Shown: positions 49,141-58,202 of the stretch, in pieces
Layout: each line of letters starts with the position of its first letter
Numbering within the stretch: the first letter of the stretch is position 1
Virus record (IMG/VR): IMGVR_UViG_3300043411_001076
DNA length: 64,000 bases
Source: a virus
Lineage: Duplodnaviria; Heunggongvirae; Uroviricota; Caudoviricetes
Direction: 5' to 3' (one strand)
Notes under the pieces: generated by a model
Seen by the model: only the letters and a program-made list of their open reading frames with translations
Databases searched by the model: none
What the model was told of the DNA's origin: nothing
Translations under genes and position numbers: made by a program

Positions 49141-49656
49141 TTAATTGAAATCAATACGTTTTGTTTTAACAGACACTGCATCTGTCTTTGGAACATTATC
49201 TAAAGTAAATATAAAATTTGGGACGACAGGAGATCCTGTTTTTAACATGCCTACAGGTTTTCCATTAGAGCAGTCCTCATTATTTGTTTTAGTATCTGTC
49301 ATATTAAGATCTAATCTTAATTCAGATTTTTGTTCTATATTTGTAGAATCTGGCTTCAAATCTTCTTCGGAAGAAAAAGACAAATCTTTAATATCAGATT
49401 TTTTCGATTGCTTTTCTACACCCTTCTTTACTGTCTCAGTAGCTTCCTTCCTACCTCTTTTCTTCTGAGATGTAGGCTCTATAACTTTTTCTACAGGCTT
49501 TTCTTCTTTTACAGGTAGCGGTTCTTTTATAGATAGAGAAGGCTGAACATACGATTTCAAAACTTGTGATTCGGATTTTGGTGGGCGACCACGACGTTTT
49601 GGTGCTTCTTTAACTTCAGAGTTTTTCGATTTAATTGTCTTTTTCACTTCGCTCAT
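49141..49656 (-). CDS. AT-hook-containing basic protein
   Basis: PKRRGRPPKSESQ canonical AT-hook, KKRGRKEA; ORF-track start is TTG; ATG (MSEVKK) preceded by ACGGAGG. Confidence 0.5.
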   Translation of the reverse strand: MSEVKKTIKSKNSEVKEAPKRRGRPPKSESQVLKSYVQPSLSIKEPLPVKEEKPVEKVIEPTSQKKRGRKEATETVKKGVEKQSKKSDIKDLSFSSEEDLKPDSTNIEQKSELRLDLNMTDTKTNNEDCSNGKPVGMLKTGSPVVPNFIFTLDNVPKTDAVSVKTKRIDFN

Positions 49657-49714
49657 AATTAAAACCTCCGTTAATTGAGATAAATTTCCCAATATTTATA
49701 GTATAGTACTTTAA

Positions 49715-50143
49715 TCATTCCTTTTCAATTATCGGATGAAAATAAGTACATAAATCATAGTATTTCTTATAGTTATCAGATAAAGTAAGTAATGCTTTTG
49801 AGGTTTCCTCATCTTCTCTAATAACATAGCAAGGAGATGTTCCTTTTAGAAATAATTCCTCTTGTGTTTTCGGAATAAATAATGACCAGTACAACGGACA
49901 TTCAACACATTTATCACATAAATAAGGATAAAATTTTGGATAGTCTTTGAGTATCTCTGTTTTGCTCTGCTGAACTGTGCATTTTACCGAAAGTCCATTT
50001 TCAGATAAACACGAAATTATATTATTTCTCTCCGTATTTGTAAGACATAATGTCCAAACAGAGATATGATTAGCCTTATGGTTAAAATGACCATTTCCAA
50101 GTATATAAAGACTAAAATCCACTGGACCACAGACTTCAATCAC
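49715..50143 (-). CDS. Cys-rich hypothetical protein
   Basis: CDKCVECP cluster; ORF-track ATG at 50197 would overlap the upstream gene by 62 nt; GTG at 50143 forms a GTGATTGA stop/start overlap with AAAGGA 7 nt upstream. Confidence 0.35.
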   Translation of the reverse strand: MIEVCGPVDFSLYILGNGHFNHKANHISVWTLCLTNTERNNIISCLSENGLSVKCTVQQSKTEILKDYPKFYPYLCDKCVECPLYWSLFIPKTQEELFLKGTSPCYVIREDEETSKALLTLSDNYKKYYDLCTYFHPIIEKE

Positions 50144-50831
50144 CGATATATCCTTTTGCTTTATAGTACCATCCAACTTTTCTATCTGAGTAGTCATTAA
50201 CTGTCTCCACCATTAGAAATATAGCATTTAAATTATTTTCCATACAGAATTTATAAATATTTATAGAGAATACAGATATGACATTTTGTAAGTAATCAAA
50301 ATTTTCATTTAAATTGTCATTAATATCTAATGTCCATCTGTCTTGCTTTAATATGGTATTTTCATCTTCAGGCATCTCAACTTGACTGACTATTATATTT
50401 CTATCTGTCAAATGCTTAGATACTGCATTCCAGATATTTACAGACATCTGCTGTCTGTACCGTGTCGTCTTGATATCAGAATGTAATGAAGATCCTTTCT
50501 GACCAGCATCTCTACAAACTAGCTGTGTTTCTGTACTATGATATTTTGGTAAGCTCTCGGCCTTTTCATCAATATATCGATTATTTGTTTCCAATATCTT
50601 CTCAAACTGTAATCTCTCTGCTAATGTAGCTATTAAAACAGGATTATATTTTACTACACCCTCTTGTGTTTTAAAAAATGCCACGCTTTGATATTCAGGA
50701 CATGACATACACACAAAGGATATTGCAAATTTTAATATTTCTTCTGGTCTAGCATCCGTACCTAACTGATTTATAACAAAAATTTGATTTAGTACATCAT
50801 CCCCAATTTTAGCTAGTATATTTGCTGACAT
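50136..50831 (-). CDS. hypothetical protein
   Basis: 231-aa ORF. Confidence 0.45.
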   Translation of the reverse strand: MSANILAKIGDDVLNQIFVINQLGTDARPEEILKFAISFVCMSCPEYQSVAFFKTQEGVVKYNPVLIATLAERLQFEKILETNNRYIDEKAESLPKYHSTETQLVCRDAGQKGSSLHSDIKTTRYRQQMSVNIWNAVSKHLTDRNIIVSQVEMPEDENTILKQDRWTLDINDNLNENFDYLQNVISVFSINIYKFCMENNLNAIFLMVETVNDYSDRKVGWYYKAKGYIGD

Positions 50832-50846
50832 AAATGGATAAAGCCC

Positions 50847-51785
50847 TCATTTAGGTTTTTTATTATCTAGTTTATTCAATCTATTAGAAGAGGTATTAAC
50901 TGTAGGTCTACTTACTACTGTAGGTCTGCTTGTGGCAGCAGGTGGTGAAGGGTCATTATTTGTCAGAGTAACAGTTACTTTGTTTGAATCATGTGTTTTA
51001 CTCCCCCAATCCATTTTTCTAGGCTGCTCTTTATTTAATTGGCTACCTGCTTGACTTGCTGGTCTTGTATTAGCTTTTCCATCAGATCTAGATAACATGA
51101 TACCACCTATAGGGATAGGAGTATTTCTGGGTAGATGCCTCAATACCGTTTTATCATCCGTAGATTCTGGTATATTATTAGGAATTTGAGATGTATTTAT
51201 GACTTTTAAATAATCGGTTCCTTTATGTATTACTTCGTCATCCGTCGTATCAGAATCTTCCCTAGAATCGTCATATTCATTGTTTATACTATGTTCATCA
51301 ATATCTAAATCCTCATTCGTAATATGTTCGTCTGTGTCTAATTCTTCTTCTAAATTGTCCTCAGACTCAGCTTCTTCTGGATATGGGTCATTATAGTCTA
51401 TGGAGGAATGTTGATTAGGTTTTTCTGAAAATCCTTGGGGTGATAATTTTCCTTCTTTATATTTACTAACTTCTTCCTTAGAAGGAATTATCCAATTATT
51501 GTTTTTGTTTACTACTTCTCTCATAAGAGCATTGTCTAACAAATCCGTAAATTCCAACTTTCTGATAGTTTCAAATTTCGGATCATCAGGATCTGCTATA
51601 TTTGGATTTTCAAAAAATCTATACTCCTGTGTCCGAACTCTATTCTCCCATAAAGAATTAGAAAATTCGGACACGGAGCATTCTTTATTTTGACACCGTG
51701 AGCAAAAATTATTTCTAAGAAAAGATTCTGTGTTCTTTCCTCCGATTTCTGATAAACACTGCTCTGTTAAATCTTTTCTTATCAT
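50847..51785 (-). CDS. hypothetical acidic/S-T-rich protein with N-terminal Cys cluster
   Basis: ATG (MIRKDL) lies 5 nt after the polymerase stop; ORF-track start 51848 would overlap the polymerase gene. Confidence 0.45.
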   Translation of the reverse strand: MIRKDLTEQCLSEIGGKNTESFLRNNFCSRCQNKECSVSEFSNSLWENRVRTQEYRFFENPNIADPDDPKFETIRKLEFTDLLDNALMREVVNKNNNWIIPSKEEVSKYKEGKLSPQGFSEKPNQHSSIDYNDPYPEEAESEDNLEEELDTDEHITNEDLDIDEHSINNEYDDSREDSDTTDDEVIHKGTDYLKVINTSQIPNNIPESTDDKTVLRHLPRNTPIPIGGIMLSRSDGKANTRPASQAGSQLNKEQPRKMDWGSKTHDSNKVTVTLTNNDPSPPAATSRPTVVSRPTVNTSSNRLNKLDNKKPK

Positions 51786-51789
51786 ATAA

Positions 51790-54537
51790 TCACTGCTCCA
51801 ATCTATCGAGACTAGCTTGTATCGTATTCTTAAAAACAAGATCGTCAAAACAATTAATGGCTATACCCTTATAAGCTAATTTGATTTTTATTTTATCTTT
51901 CGTAGTGTCATCTGCAATATTATTATGTAAGTATACCACTAACTTTTCAACATCCTCCGATGATAATTCTTTTTTCAAGTTAAATACTTTAGTCGCTATC
52001 TCAGGTTTTGACTCAAATCTGTTAAATTTCTTAGACTGTTCTACAAATTTAGGAAATAAGTGGGCGTACTCTTCTGGCCAATCCTTTATGTTATAATAAC
52101 AAGGATAAAAACTAAAATCCCCATCCCAAGTTCTACCAATATCCATATCGATATCTAAAGGAACTGGTAATTTTATACTCTTGATAAAGGTATTATCAAT
52201 CATAATAGGTCTTAACACTTCAACAAATTCTTGAGCAAGAGATTCCTTTACCTCAAAAACTAATTCGTCATGCATTGTGATAATGAGTCTTACTTGATCT
52301 AATGCTGGATTTTCCAAATTAATCCATCCTCTCTTGACAAATTCAATATATGACAAGGACATAGCTATTTTAGTAATATCAGCAGAAAGACCTTGAATAG
52401 GACTATTCGTGCAGTTTCTTTCTGATTTGCTTCTGATAGCTCCATCTTCATGGAGAATATCAGGAACTGGATATTTTCTATTAAATTTAGTAAGTACAAA
52501 CTTGTACTGTCTAGCAAAGTCCTTAATATCTTCCCACCATTTAGTAAGTCCTACGTAAAATTGGTCGAATTTATTTTTGAACCGCTTTGCTTCTGTTATC
52601 GTACATTTTGTCGCTCTAACAAGAGCATTAGGACCACCACCATAAGCTAATGAGAAGTTGCCACCCTTCGCATTTTTTCTTAACTGTGACCAGTTATTTG
52701 ATTGTTTTGCTTCCTCTCCATAAACACCGACAGCAGTAAGACTATGGAGATCCCCAATTTCTAGTGATCCACATTTATAACAATACTTAACGGCTGTCTC
52801 CGATCTTGGAAATAAGAATCCACACTTAGCGCATTTGAAATATTCTTGCTCCCATAGCTTTTCTCTTGATAAACTAGTAGCAAGTCTTAACTCAACACCT
52901 GCATAGTCAGCAGCTACGATAATATATCCGATTCTCGCTTTAAATGCATTTCTTAGCTCCCGCATGGGTCTAATTTTCTTAGCGTCAATAGACGCAGGAA
53001 CACCATGTATGAAAACTTTAGCTTGACCTGTTTTCTCATAAGAGTCGTCTTTCTTATTTCTTCCGTTACCTGAATTTTTATCCTCTTTTACCTTAAATCT
53101 ACCAGTTTCCGTTCCTAAAGTTAAAAAACTAACATGAATAGAGCTATCTCTAAAAATAAGATCCGATTTGCAATTAGGGCATGTGTTCGTCTTATTATCC
53201 ATGAAGGATAATCCGCAAGCCGTACATCCCCATCCTTCATTAGCACCATCATACATATTGATCAGATAGGTTGATATACATTTATCAACTTCTCTAAATT
53301 TAGAAAGAATTTTCAAGAAAGGAAAACTATCGGAATGTTTCTCGATAACTTTATCTAATTTATCTTTCCCTGTCGCTACTCTTCCTGATTTTTCTTTATA
53401 TTCTAAGTCTGGTACTTTTAATTCAAGAAGTAATTCGCCCAATTGTGTAGAGCTTGCAATATTGTAGGTCGGTCCTTCTTTTTCCAATGCAGATTTCACA
53501 TATTCTTCTGGATATGTCATTTGGAAAAATGGGCCTTTATTTATAGTTCGCTTTATCTTATCTCCTTCTTTTTTAGCTGCCTTTTTCATATTGATAAAGC
53601 AACGAGGATCACTTTTTTTATAAGGCTTCAATTCAGGGTTTTTAGTCTTCACATAGTTTTTAAGAACTAAATAAGAAATAGACGTTGCGTTTCTTCCCAA
53701 CAAAGAATCTAATTCACTATAAATTCTATCCCCGACATCAAAATACATCTCTATCGCTTCTTTAGTTAATTCACATACTTTATCCAGATCGACGAGAATC
53801 CTACAGCGTTCCATATGTCTTGTTGCCGTAGATACCATCTTCTCTAATCGATATATAAATTCTTGAGTAGCCTCCAATCCTTCTAATTTTAGACAAGTAT
53901 CTCTTTTACTTTTATATAAGGCAAGTGTACAAAACGCATCACCACAAGCATATCCAAGAACATTTTCATCAGAAGGATCTAGTTCATTAAAGGTACATTG
54001 TGTAGGTCTATTGTAATTTGTAATTTCATCATATTCAATCATCTCAAGATTCAAATCCTCTTTTGAAATAACTTTCAAAGAGAGATTAAATCTTTTAGAG
54101 TTTTCTAAATAAGAAAGGATCATGGTATCTTCCCATTTATTTGGGTTGTCCCATGCCCCACCTAATGCACCATAACCGTTATACTGTAATAATTCGTGAT
54201 CGAATTTTCCATTATGAAATACAAATTTAATATTAGCAGCAAATAAACGCTGCATCTCAATAAATACAATGGACCACGGAATATTATGCTTAGAAGAAGA
54301 TCCTGTGTGTCCTACAGGCAAATAAAAAGCTTCTTTATCATTACCACATAAACAAAAACCAGTGATCTGGTGTCGTGTCTGTTTATTGAATACACGAATA
54401 TCCAACCCTGTAGCTTCTAAGTCTACTGCACATGCCCCATATGGAGAACTTAATAAACTATCTATTACACTAGTAATAGTGTCTACCGTAACCATGACAA
54501 AACTTTTTGTTTTCATCCACTCTTTTAATAAACTCAT
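51790..54537 (-). CDS. family A (Pol I-like) DNA polymerase with 3'-5' exonuclease domain and Cys4 zinc-ribbon inserts
   Basis: Exo I AVDLEATGLD; motif A DYAGVELRLA; motif B RKNAKGGNFSLAYGGG; motif C ITMHDELVFEV; inserts CTACG...CPNCKS and CAKCG...CYKCGS. Confidence 0.85.
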   Translation of the reverse strand: MSLLKEWMKTKSFVMVTVDTITSVIDSLLSSPYGACAVDLEATGLDIRVFNKQTRHQITGFCLCGNDKEAFYLPVGHTGSSSKHNIPWSIVFIEMQRLFAANIKFVFHNGKFDHELLQYNGYGALGGAWDNPNKWEDTMILSYLENSKRFNLSLKVISKEDLNLEMIEYDEITNYNRPTQCTFNELDPSDENVLGYACGDAFCTLALYKSKRDTCLKLEGLEATQEFIYRLEKMVSTATRHMERCRILVDLDKVCELTKEAIEMYFDVGDRIYSELDSLLGRNATSISYLVLKNYVKTKNPELKPYKKSDPRCFINMKKAAKKEGDKIKRTINKGPFFQMTYPEEYVKSALEKEGPTYNIASSTQLGELLLELKVPDLEYKEKSGRVATGKDKLDKVIEKHSDSFPFLKILSKFREVDKCISTYLINMYDGANEGWGCTACGLSFMDNKTNTCPNCKSDLIFRDSSIHVSFLTLGTETGRFKVKEDKNSGNGRNKKDDSYEKTGQAKVFIHGVPASIDAKKIRPMRELRNAFKARIGYIIVAADYAGVELRLATSLSREKLWEQEYFKCAKCGFLFPRSETAVKYCYKCGSLEIGDLHSLTAVGVYGEEAKQSNNWSQLRKNAKGGNFSLAYGGGPNALVRATKCTITEAKRFKNKFDQFYVGLTKWWEDIKDFARQYKFVLTKFNRKYPVPDILHEDGAIRSKSERNCTNSPIQGLSADITKIAMSLSYIEFVKRGWINLENPALDQVRLIITMHDELVFEVKESLAQEFVEVLRPIMIDNTFIKSIKLPVPLDIDMDIGRTWDGDFSFYPCYYNIKDWPEEYAHLFPKFVEQSKKFNRFESKPEIATKVFNLKKELSSEDVEKLVVYLHNNIADDTTKDKIKIKLAYKGIAINCFDDLVFKNTIQASLDRLEQ

Positions 54538-54998
54538 TGAACCGACCCCTTTTTCGTATTTATCGTAAAACCTTCACTACTTACTAATACTACATAGTAG
54601 TCGGATTTTATATAGTCTAATAATTGACTAATAGGCTCTACTAAAGAGATGTCTCTAGGGTATTTATAGCACATAGGTACTTGTTGTGAACCTGGGTAAC
54701 ATGATGAAAGTCTCATACCACACTTATTTTTAGCGTGAGAGGAACACATCCAGTCAACACCAATTCTTGCTAATTTTAAGCTTGGAAGATCACCGACCTG
54801 CTGTAGAAAACTATTTAAATAACCATATAAAGCTTCTGATAAAGCTTCTCCTGTTACAGTTGTAAATAAACATTCCCAATCTGTTCCTTTTAATGGAGCA
54901 AATGCTCCCCATAAATCACTATCTCTGGGAATAACCCTAGCGACTTTTATAGTCCCCCAATTCTTTATTTCTTTAACGTGTTCTGTAAAATAGTTCAT
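54534..54998 (-). CDS. hypothetical protein
   Basis: 154-aa ORF; ATGA overlap with polymerase start. Confidence 0.45.
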   Translation of the reverse strand: MNYFTEHVKEIKNWGTIKVARVIPRDSDLWGAFAPLKGTDWECLFTTVTGEALSEALYGYLNSFLQQVGDLPSLKLARIGVDWMCSSHAKNKCGMRLSSCYPGSQQVPMCYKYPRDISLVEPISQLLDYIKSDYYVVLVSSEGFTINTKKGSVQ

Positions 54999-55006
54999 AA
55001 GATTAT

Positions 55007-55558
55007 TTAACCTATTATCTGTAAAGCTTCATTTTTTATCTTTACCAAGTAATTTTTTATTATCGGTTCGGCATAGGATTTTCTAAATTCAGCAGAGCAT
55101 AACATATCATATTTTCTCCAAAAAACAATGGCTTGCTCCTTTGAGAAATAACGGTTTCTGGACAGATAAAGTAATAAATCTTCCGTGTCTTTTTTTACGG
55201 AAGAAAAGTCTTTTTCGCTTCCAGCAATAGGAATTACTAATTCTGTAACATCTTTATATGTTTTTATACTATATTTTGTTTCTAAGTAATCTAAAGCATC
55301 TGTAAACGTAAGATGCTTTTTATCCATAATAGTCTGAACTGAATCCCTTCTTTTACCACAACCGAAACAATGCCATACATTTTGATCATAGTATAAGTGT
55401 GCAGAGGGTGAATGGTCCTCTGACCCGTGTAAATCACAACTAAATTGTTGATTAGACTCATCATAAGCATCAACATCATAATTTAAGTCGCTTAATACTT
55501 TTCCTACTTTCACAGCTTTCCATATGATAGCTGCTCTTTTCTTTAATAGATCTTTCAT
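55007..55558 (-). CDS. DnaG-type primase zinc-binding domain (CHC2) protein, no TOPRIM domain recognised
   Basis: FSCDLHGSEDHSPSAHL...WHCFGCGKRRDSVQTIM...FTDALDYL matches zf-CHC2 (CPFHxExTPSF...HCFGCGxxGxxIxF). Confidence 0.6.
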   Translation of the reverse strand: MKDLLKKRAAIIWKAVKVGKVLSDLNYDVDAYDESNQQFSCDLHGSEDHSPSAHLYYDQNVWHCFGCGKRRDSVQTIMDKKHLTFTDALDYLETKYSIKTYKDVTELVIPIAGSEKDFSSVKKDTEDLLLYLSRNRYFSKEQAIVFWRKYDMLCSAEFRKSYAEPIIKNYLVKIKNEALQIIG

Positions 55559-55576
55559 TTTTTGACTCCTAATAAA

Positions 55577-57112
55577 TTAGGCATCAGGTAATGCACTTTC
55601 AAAGTCCAAATCTTCTGCATCAAGGCTGTTATCATCTTTTTCTCCATCATCAGTGCATGTGAGAATGCGCCTACACTCCCAATAAATTCTGGATTTAAAT
55701 GGCTCTAACAGAGATTCATCTCTGCTCTTTAGGTTCTGTAATAATAGCCTAGATTGTTCTCTTAATTCATCATTTAAAAATGACAAGGTAATAATATCCG
55801 CTGATTTTTCTACCTCGTTTGAATAGTTAAAAGCAGTTAGGTCATAAATACCCTCTTCTTTCATCGCCTTTCGATAACCATCACGACTTGTCTGATATAA
55901 TGCTAGAATGCCTATTCCCTCATCCCTATTAAATTTCATTGTTAGTTGTTTTGTTTCTCTAACAATTTCATTTAATGAGTCTGTTCTACTAGCATATTTT
56001 TCGCTAGATCTCAAAAGCATTAAGTGGTCAATAATAATCATCTTTAGTGGGTCACGTGCATGATGAATTTCCGCTACACGACCAATATCAGATATTTTAG
56101 TTCCCTTTTTCTGATTATATGACTCAGTTTCAATTATTATCTTTCCGTAGTTCTGCTCTGGATCTTCTAAATCAGCCAATACACGATTAAATAGAAATAC
56201 CTCTTCATTAGGTTTTAGTTCTCCCTTCTTTAAGAACTTATAGGATAATGAACAAGGTTCATTTACATTCGTCTGTATTCCTAATTCCAATCTATCTTGT
56301 TCAAACTTGTCATTAAAGGAATGCATGCAGACAAGTATTCTCTGTAATTGTTCAAATGGCATCTCTAAAGAATAATAAAGAACATTGTATTTATAGTGGA
56401 TGGCTTGGTTATATGCCCAATTTAGAGCAATAGACGATTTCATATGGCTTACGAAGGCAGCATGTATCCATAGCTCCTTCTTCCTAAGTCCACCAATATG
56501 AGTATCCCACTGTTTAATACCTGAAAATTGTCCCTGATTCATATCAGGATTTGCTTTTATCTGTTCATAATTTAATTTAAAATCCTCCAATTTTTTAGGA
56601 TCAAAAGCATTACCGTTAATAGATGCTCCCATTTCTGGAGATAAGATATCATGGGAGTTGTCTAATACATAATTAATAGCGTCTTCGGGTCCAAAAAGCC
56701 TAGAGGTTTCTCTTCCATTTACAATATCTCGTCCCGTCTGTACGATATCAAAGGCTTCTTTTAATAATATAGAAGCCTTTGTTTTCTTCTGGGATCTTAT
56801 TTCTAATCGAATATTTTCTACGAAATCTCCCTGATAAACAGGTTTTCTAGTTTTTAATATAAAAGTATAATCTATAACTGATGGTTCGTTTTTATTAGAA
56901 AAATGTGCTTGAACCGTAGATATTTCTGGATTATGATGATTATCTAAAAAGAATCTTAAAACAAATGAATAGAGAGATTTTTGCGCTGATGTATTCATTT
57001 CCAAACTTGAACACATCAATAAACTATTAAAATTATCACGTAATAAGTCTCTCTGATCCGTAATATCAAAAGCAATACATGAGCGAAGAATTACATCTAA
57101 TCGATTGTCCAT
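55577..57112 (-). CDS. DnaB-family replicative helicase with non-canonical P-loop
   Basis: YYSLEMPFEQL (H1a), KMIIIDHLMLL (Walker B), LALYQTSRD, ADIITLSFL; P-loop position reads AAFVSHMKSS instead of GARPSMGKT. Confidence 0.7.
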   Translation of the reverse strand: MDNRLDVILRSCIAFDITDQRDLLRDNFNSLLMCSSLEMNTSAQKSLYSFVLRFFLDNHHNPEISTVQAHFSNKNEPSVIDYTFILKTRKPVYQGDFVENIRLEIRSQKKTKASILLKEAFDIVQTGRDIVNGRETSRLFGPEDAINYVLDNSHDILSPEMGASINGNAFDPKKLEDFKLNYEQIKANPDMNQGQFSGIKQWDTHIGGLRKKELWIHAAFVSHMKSSIALNWAYNQAIHYKYNVLYYSLEMPFEQLQRILVCMHSFNDKFEQDRLELGIQTNVNEPCSLSYKFLKKGELKPNEEVFLFNRVLADLEDPEQNYGKIIIETESYNQKKGTKISDIGRVAEIHHARDPLKMIIIDHLMLLRSSEKYASRTDSLNEIVRETKQLTMKFNRDEGIGILALYQTSRDGYRKAMKEEGIYDLTAFNYSNEVEKSADIITLSFLNDELREQSRLLLQNLKSRDESLLEPFKSRIYWECRRILTCTDDGEKDDNSLDAEDLDFESALPDA

Positions 57113-57124
57113 ATAGTTACTCTC

Positions 57125-58111
57125 TTATCTTCTAGGCTTTTTAACAGTCCTTGTCCTACTCGCCAATCTACTAGAAATATCAACCGTTTGATGCGCTTCT
57201 ATTGGTGTAGGAGGACTTAATACATCATCGCTGACTAGATGACTAATACTAGGAACTATAGGCAACTCAGCCTCTATTTTCTTCGCTTTATCTCTAATAA
57301 CTTCATCGGTTTTATTTTCAATAATATTACTACCTGATTTATTTTCAGTTTTTGCAGTAACACTATTAGAAGAATTTAGAGTTGCTAATCTTACTCTCCT
57401 ATGTGGCCATTGTCGAAGGAAAAAATCCAATTCTGTAGAATAGCATAAATGCCCTGTTGATAATGGCTTTTCTGGCTGATCTACTATCCATGTAGGCATA
57501 TTTAATTGATACCTAGTTCTTAACACCTCCATGAGTACATTTGTTGTCTCTTTATTAGATGCTGATTTAATACCAAGAATGATACAAAGAAAACTATTTG
57601 CTTTCGCTGCATGTTCAAGTGTGACATAGTCTGTTTCTAAAGGATCAATATCTTTATAGTCCCTATCTAAAATCTCAACTCCTTTCATGGCAATATTTGC
57701 TAGCCATGCTTGTACTAAATCGGCATCGGTTAATACCTTAAATTTCCAATGTGGTCCTTTATCAATAGCAACCCTTCTGAAATGACCCTTGAAAATATCA
57801 ATAGGAGACGTTATCCATGCATTCTTTCTAAGATAGTCACTTAACTCCGTTTTATCTGTCCTTCCAGCAAATACTAACCCCTTCCACCCTCTTTCCATAT
57901 TCTCTGCTAAATCTTGTTTTCTTCTACAGTCACATCTTTTAGATTCAGGAGGTGTAGAACCACCAGTAACCACCCTAATAAATCCTGAACTCCCACACTT
58001 TTCACATGCTATTTTCTTTTTCTCTTTACCCTCTATTCCTTTGTTCACATAATCTTCCGAAATCTTGTACTGTTTCCCGATAGAGTCTTTTATTGTGTCT
58101 CTTACAGACAT
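57125..58111 (-). CDS. hypothetical zinc-ribbon protein in the replication module
   Basis: CEKCGSS...CDCRRK near N-terminus; no Walker motifs. Confidence 0.45.
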   Translation of the reverse strand: MSVRDTIKDSIGKQYKISEDYVNKGIEGKEKKKIACEKCGSSGFIRVVTGGSTPPESKRCDCRRKQDLAENMERGWKGLVFAGRTDKTELSDYLRKNAWITSPIDIFKGHFRRVAIDKGPHWKFKVLTDADLVQAWLANIAMKGVEILDRDYKDIDPLETDYVTLEHAAKANSFLCIILGIKSASNKETTNVLMEVLRTRYQLNMPTWIVDQPEKPLSTGHLCYSTELDFFLRQWPHRRVRLATLNSSNSVTAKTENKSGSNIIENKTDEVIRDKAKKIEAELPIVPSISHLVSDDVLSPPTPIEAHQTVDISSRLASRTRTVKKPRR

Positions 58112-58125
58112 GGCCCCTCCAAATT

Positions 58126-58161
58126 AAAACAGCGCAAACGGTGGTATGCGCTGTTTTTTAT
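58126..58161. terminator. bidirectional intrinsic terminator
   Basis: AAAACAGCGCA-aacggtggtat-TGCGCTGTTTTTT. Confidence 0.6.
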
Positions 58162-58202
58162 AACAATTTTTTATGCTAATGGATAAAATAGATAAATTTA
58201 AC

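Noticed and set aside
51790-54537. Family B DNA polymerase
   Set aside because: No YGDTDS or DxxSLYPS motifs. Clear Pol A motifs are present instead (DYAGVELR, RKNAKGGNFSLAYGGG, MHDELVFE).
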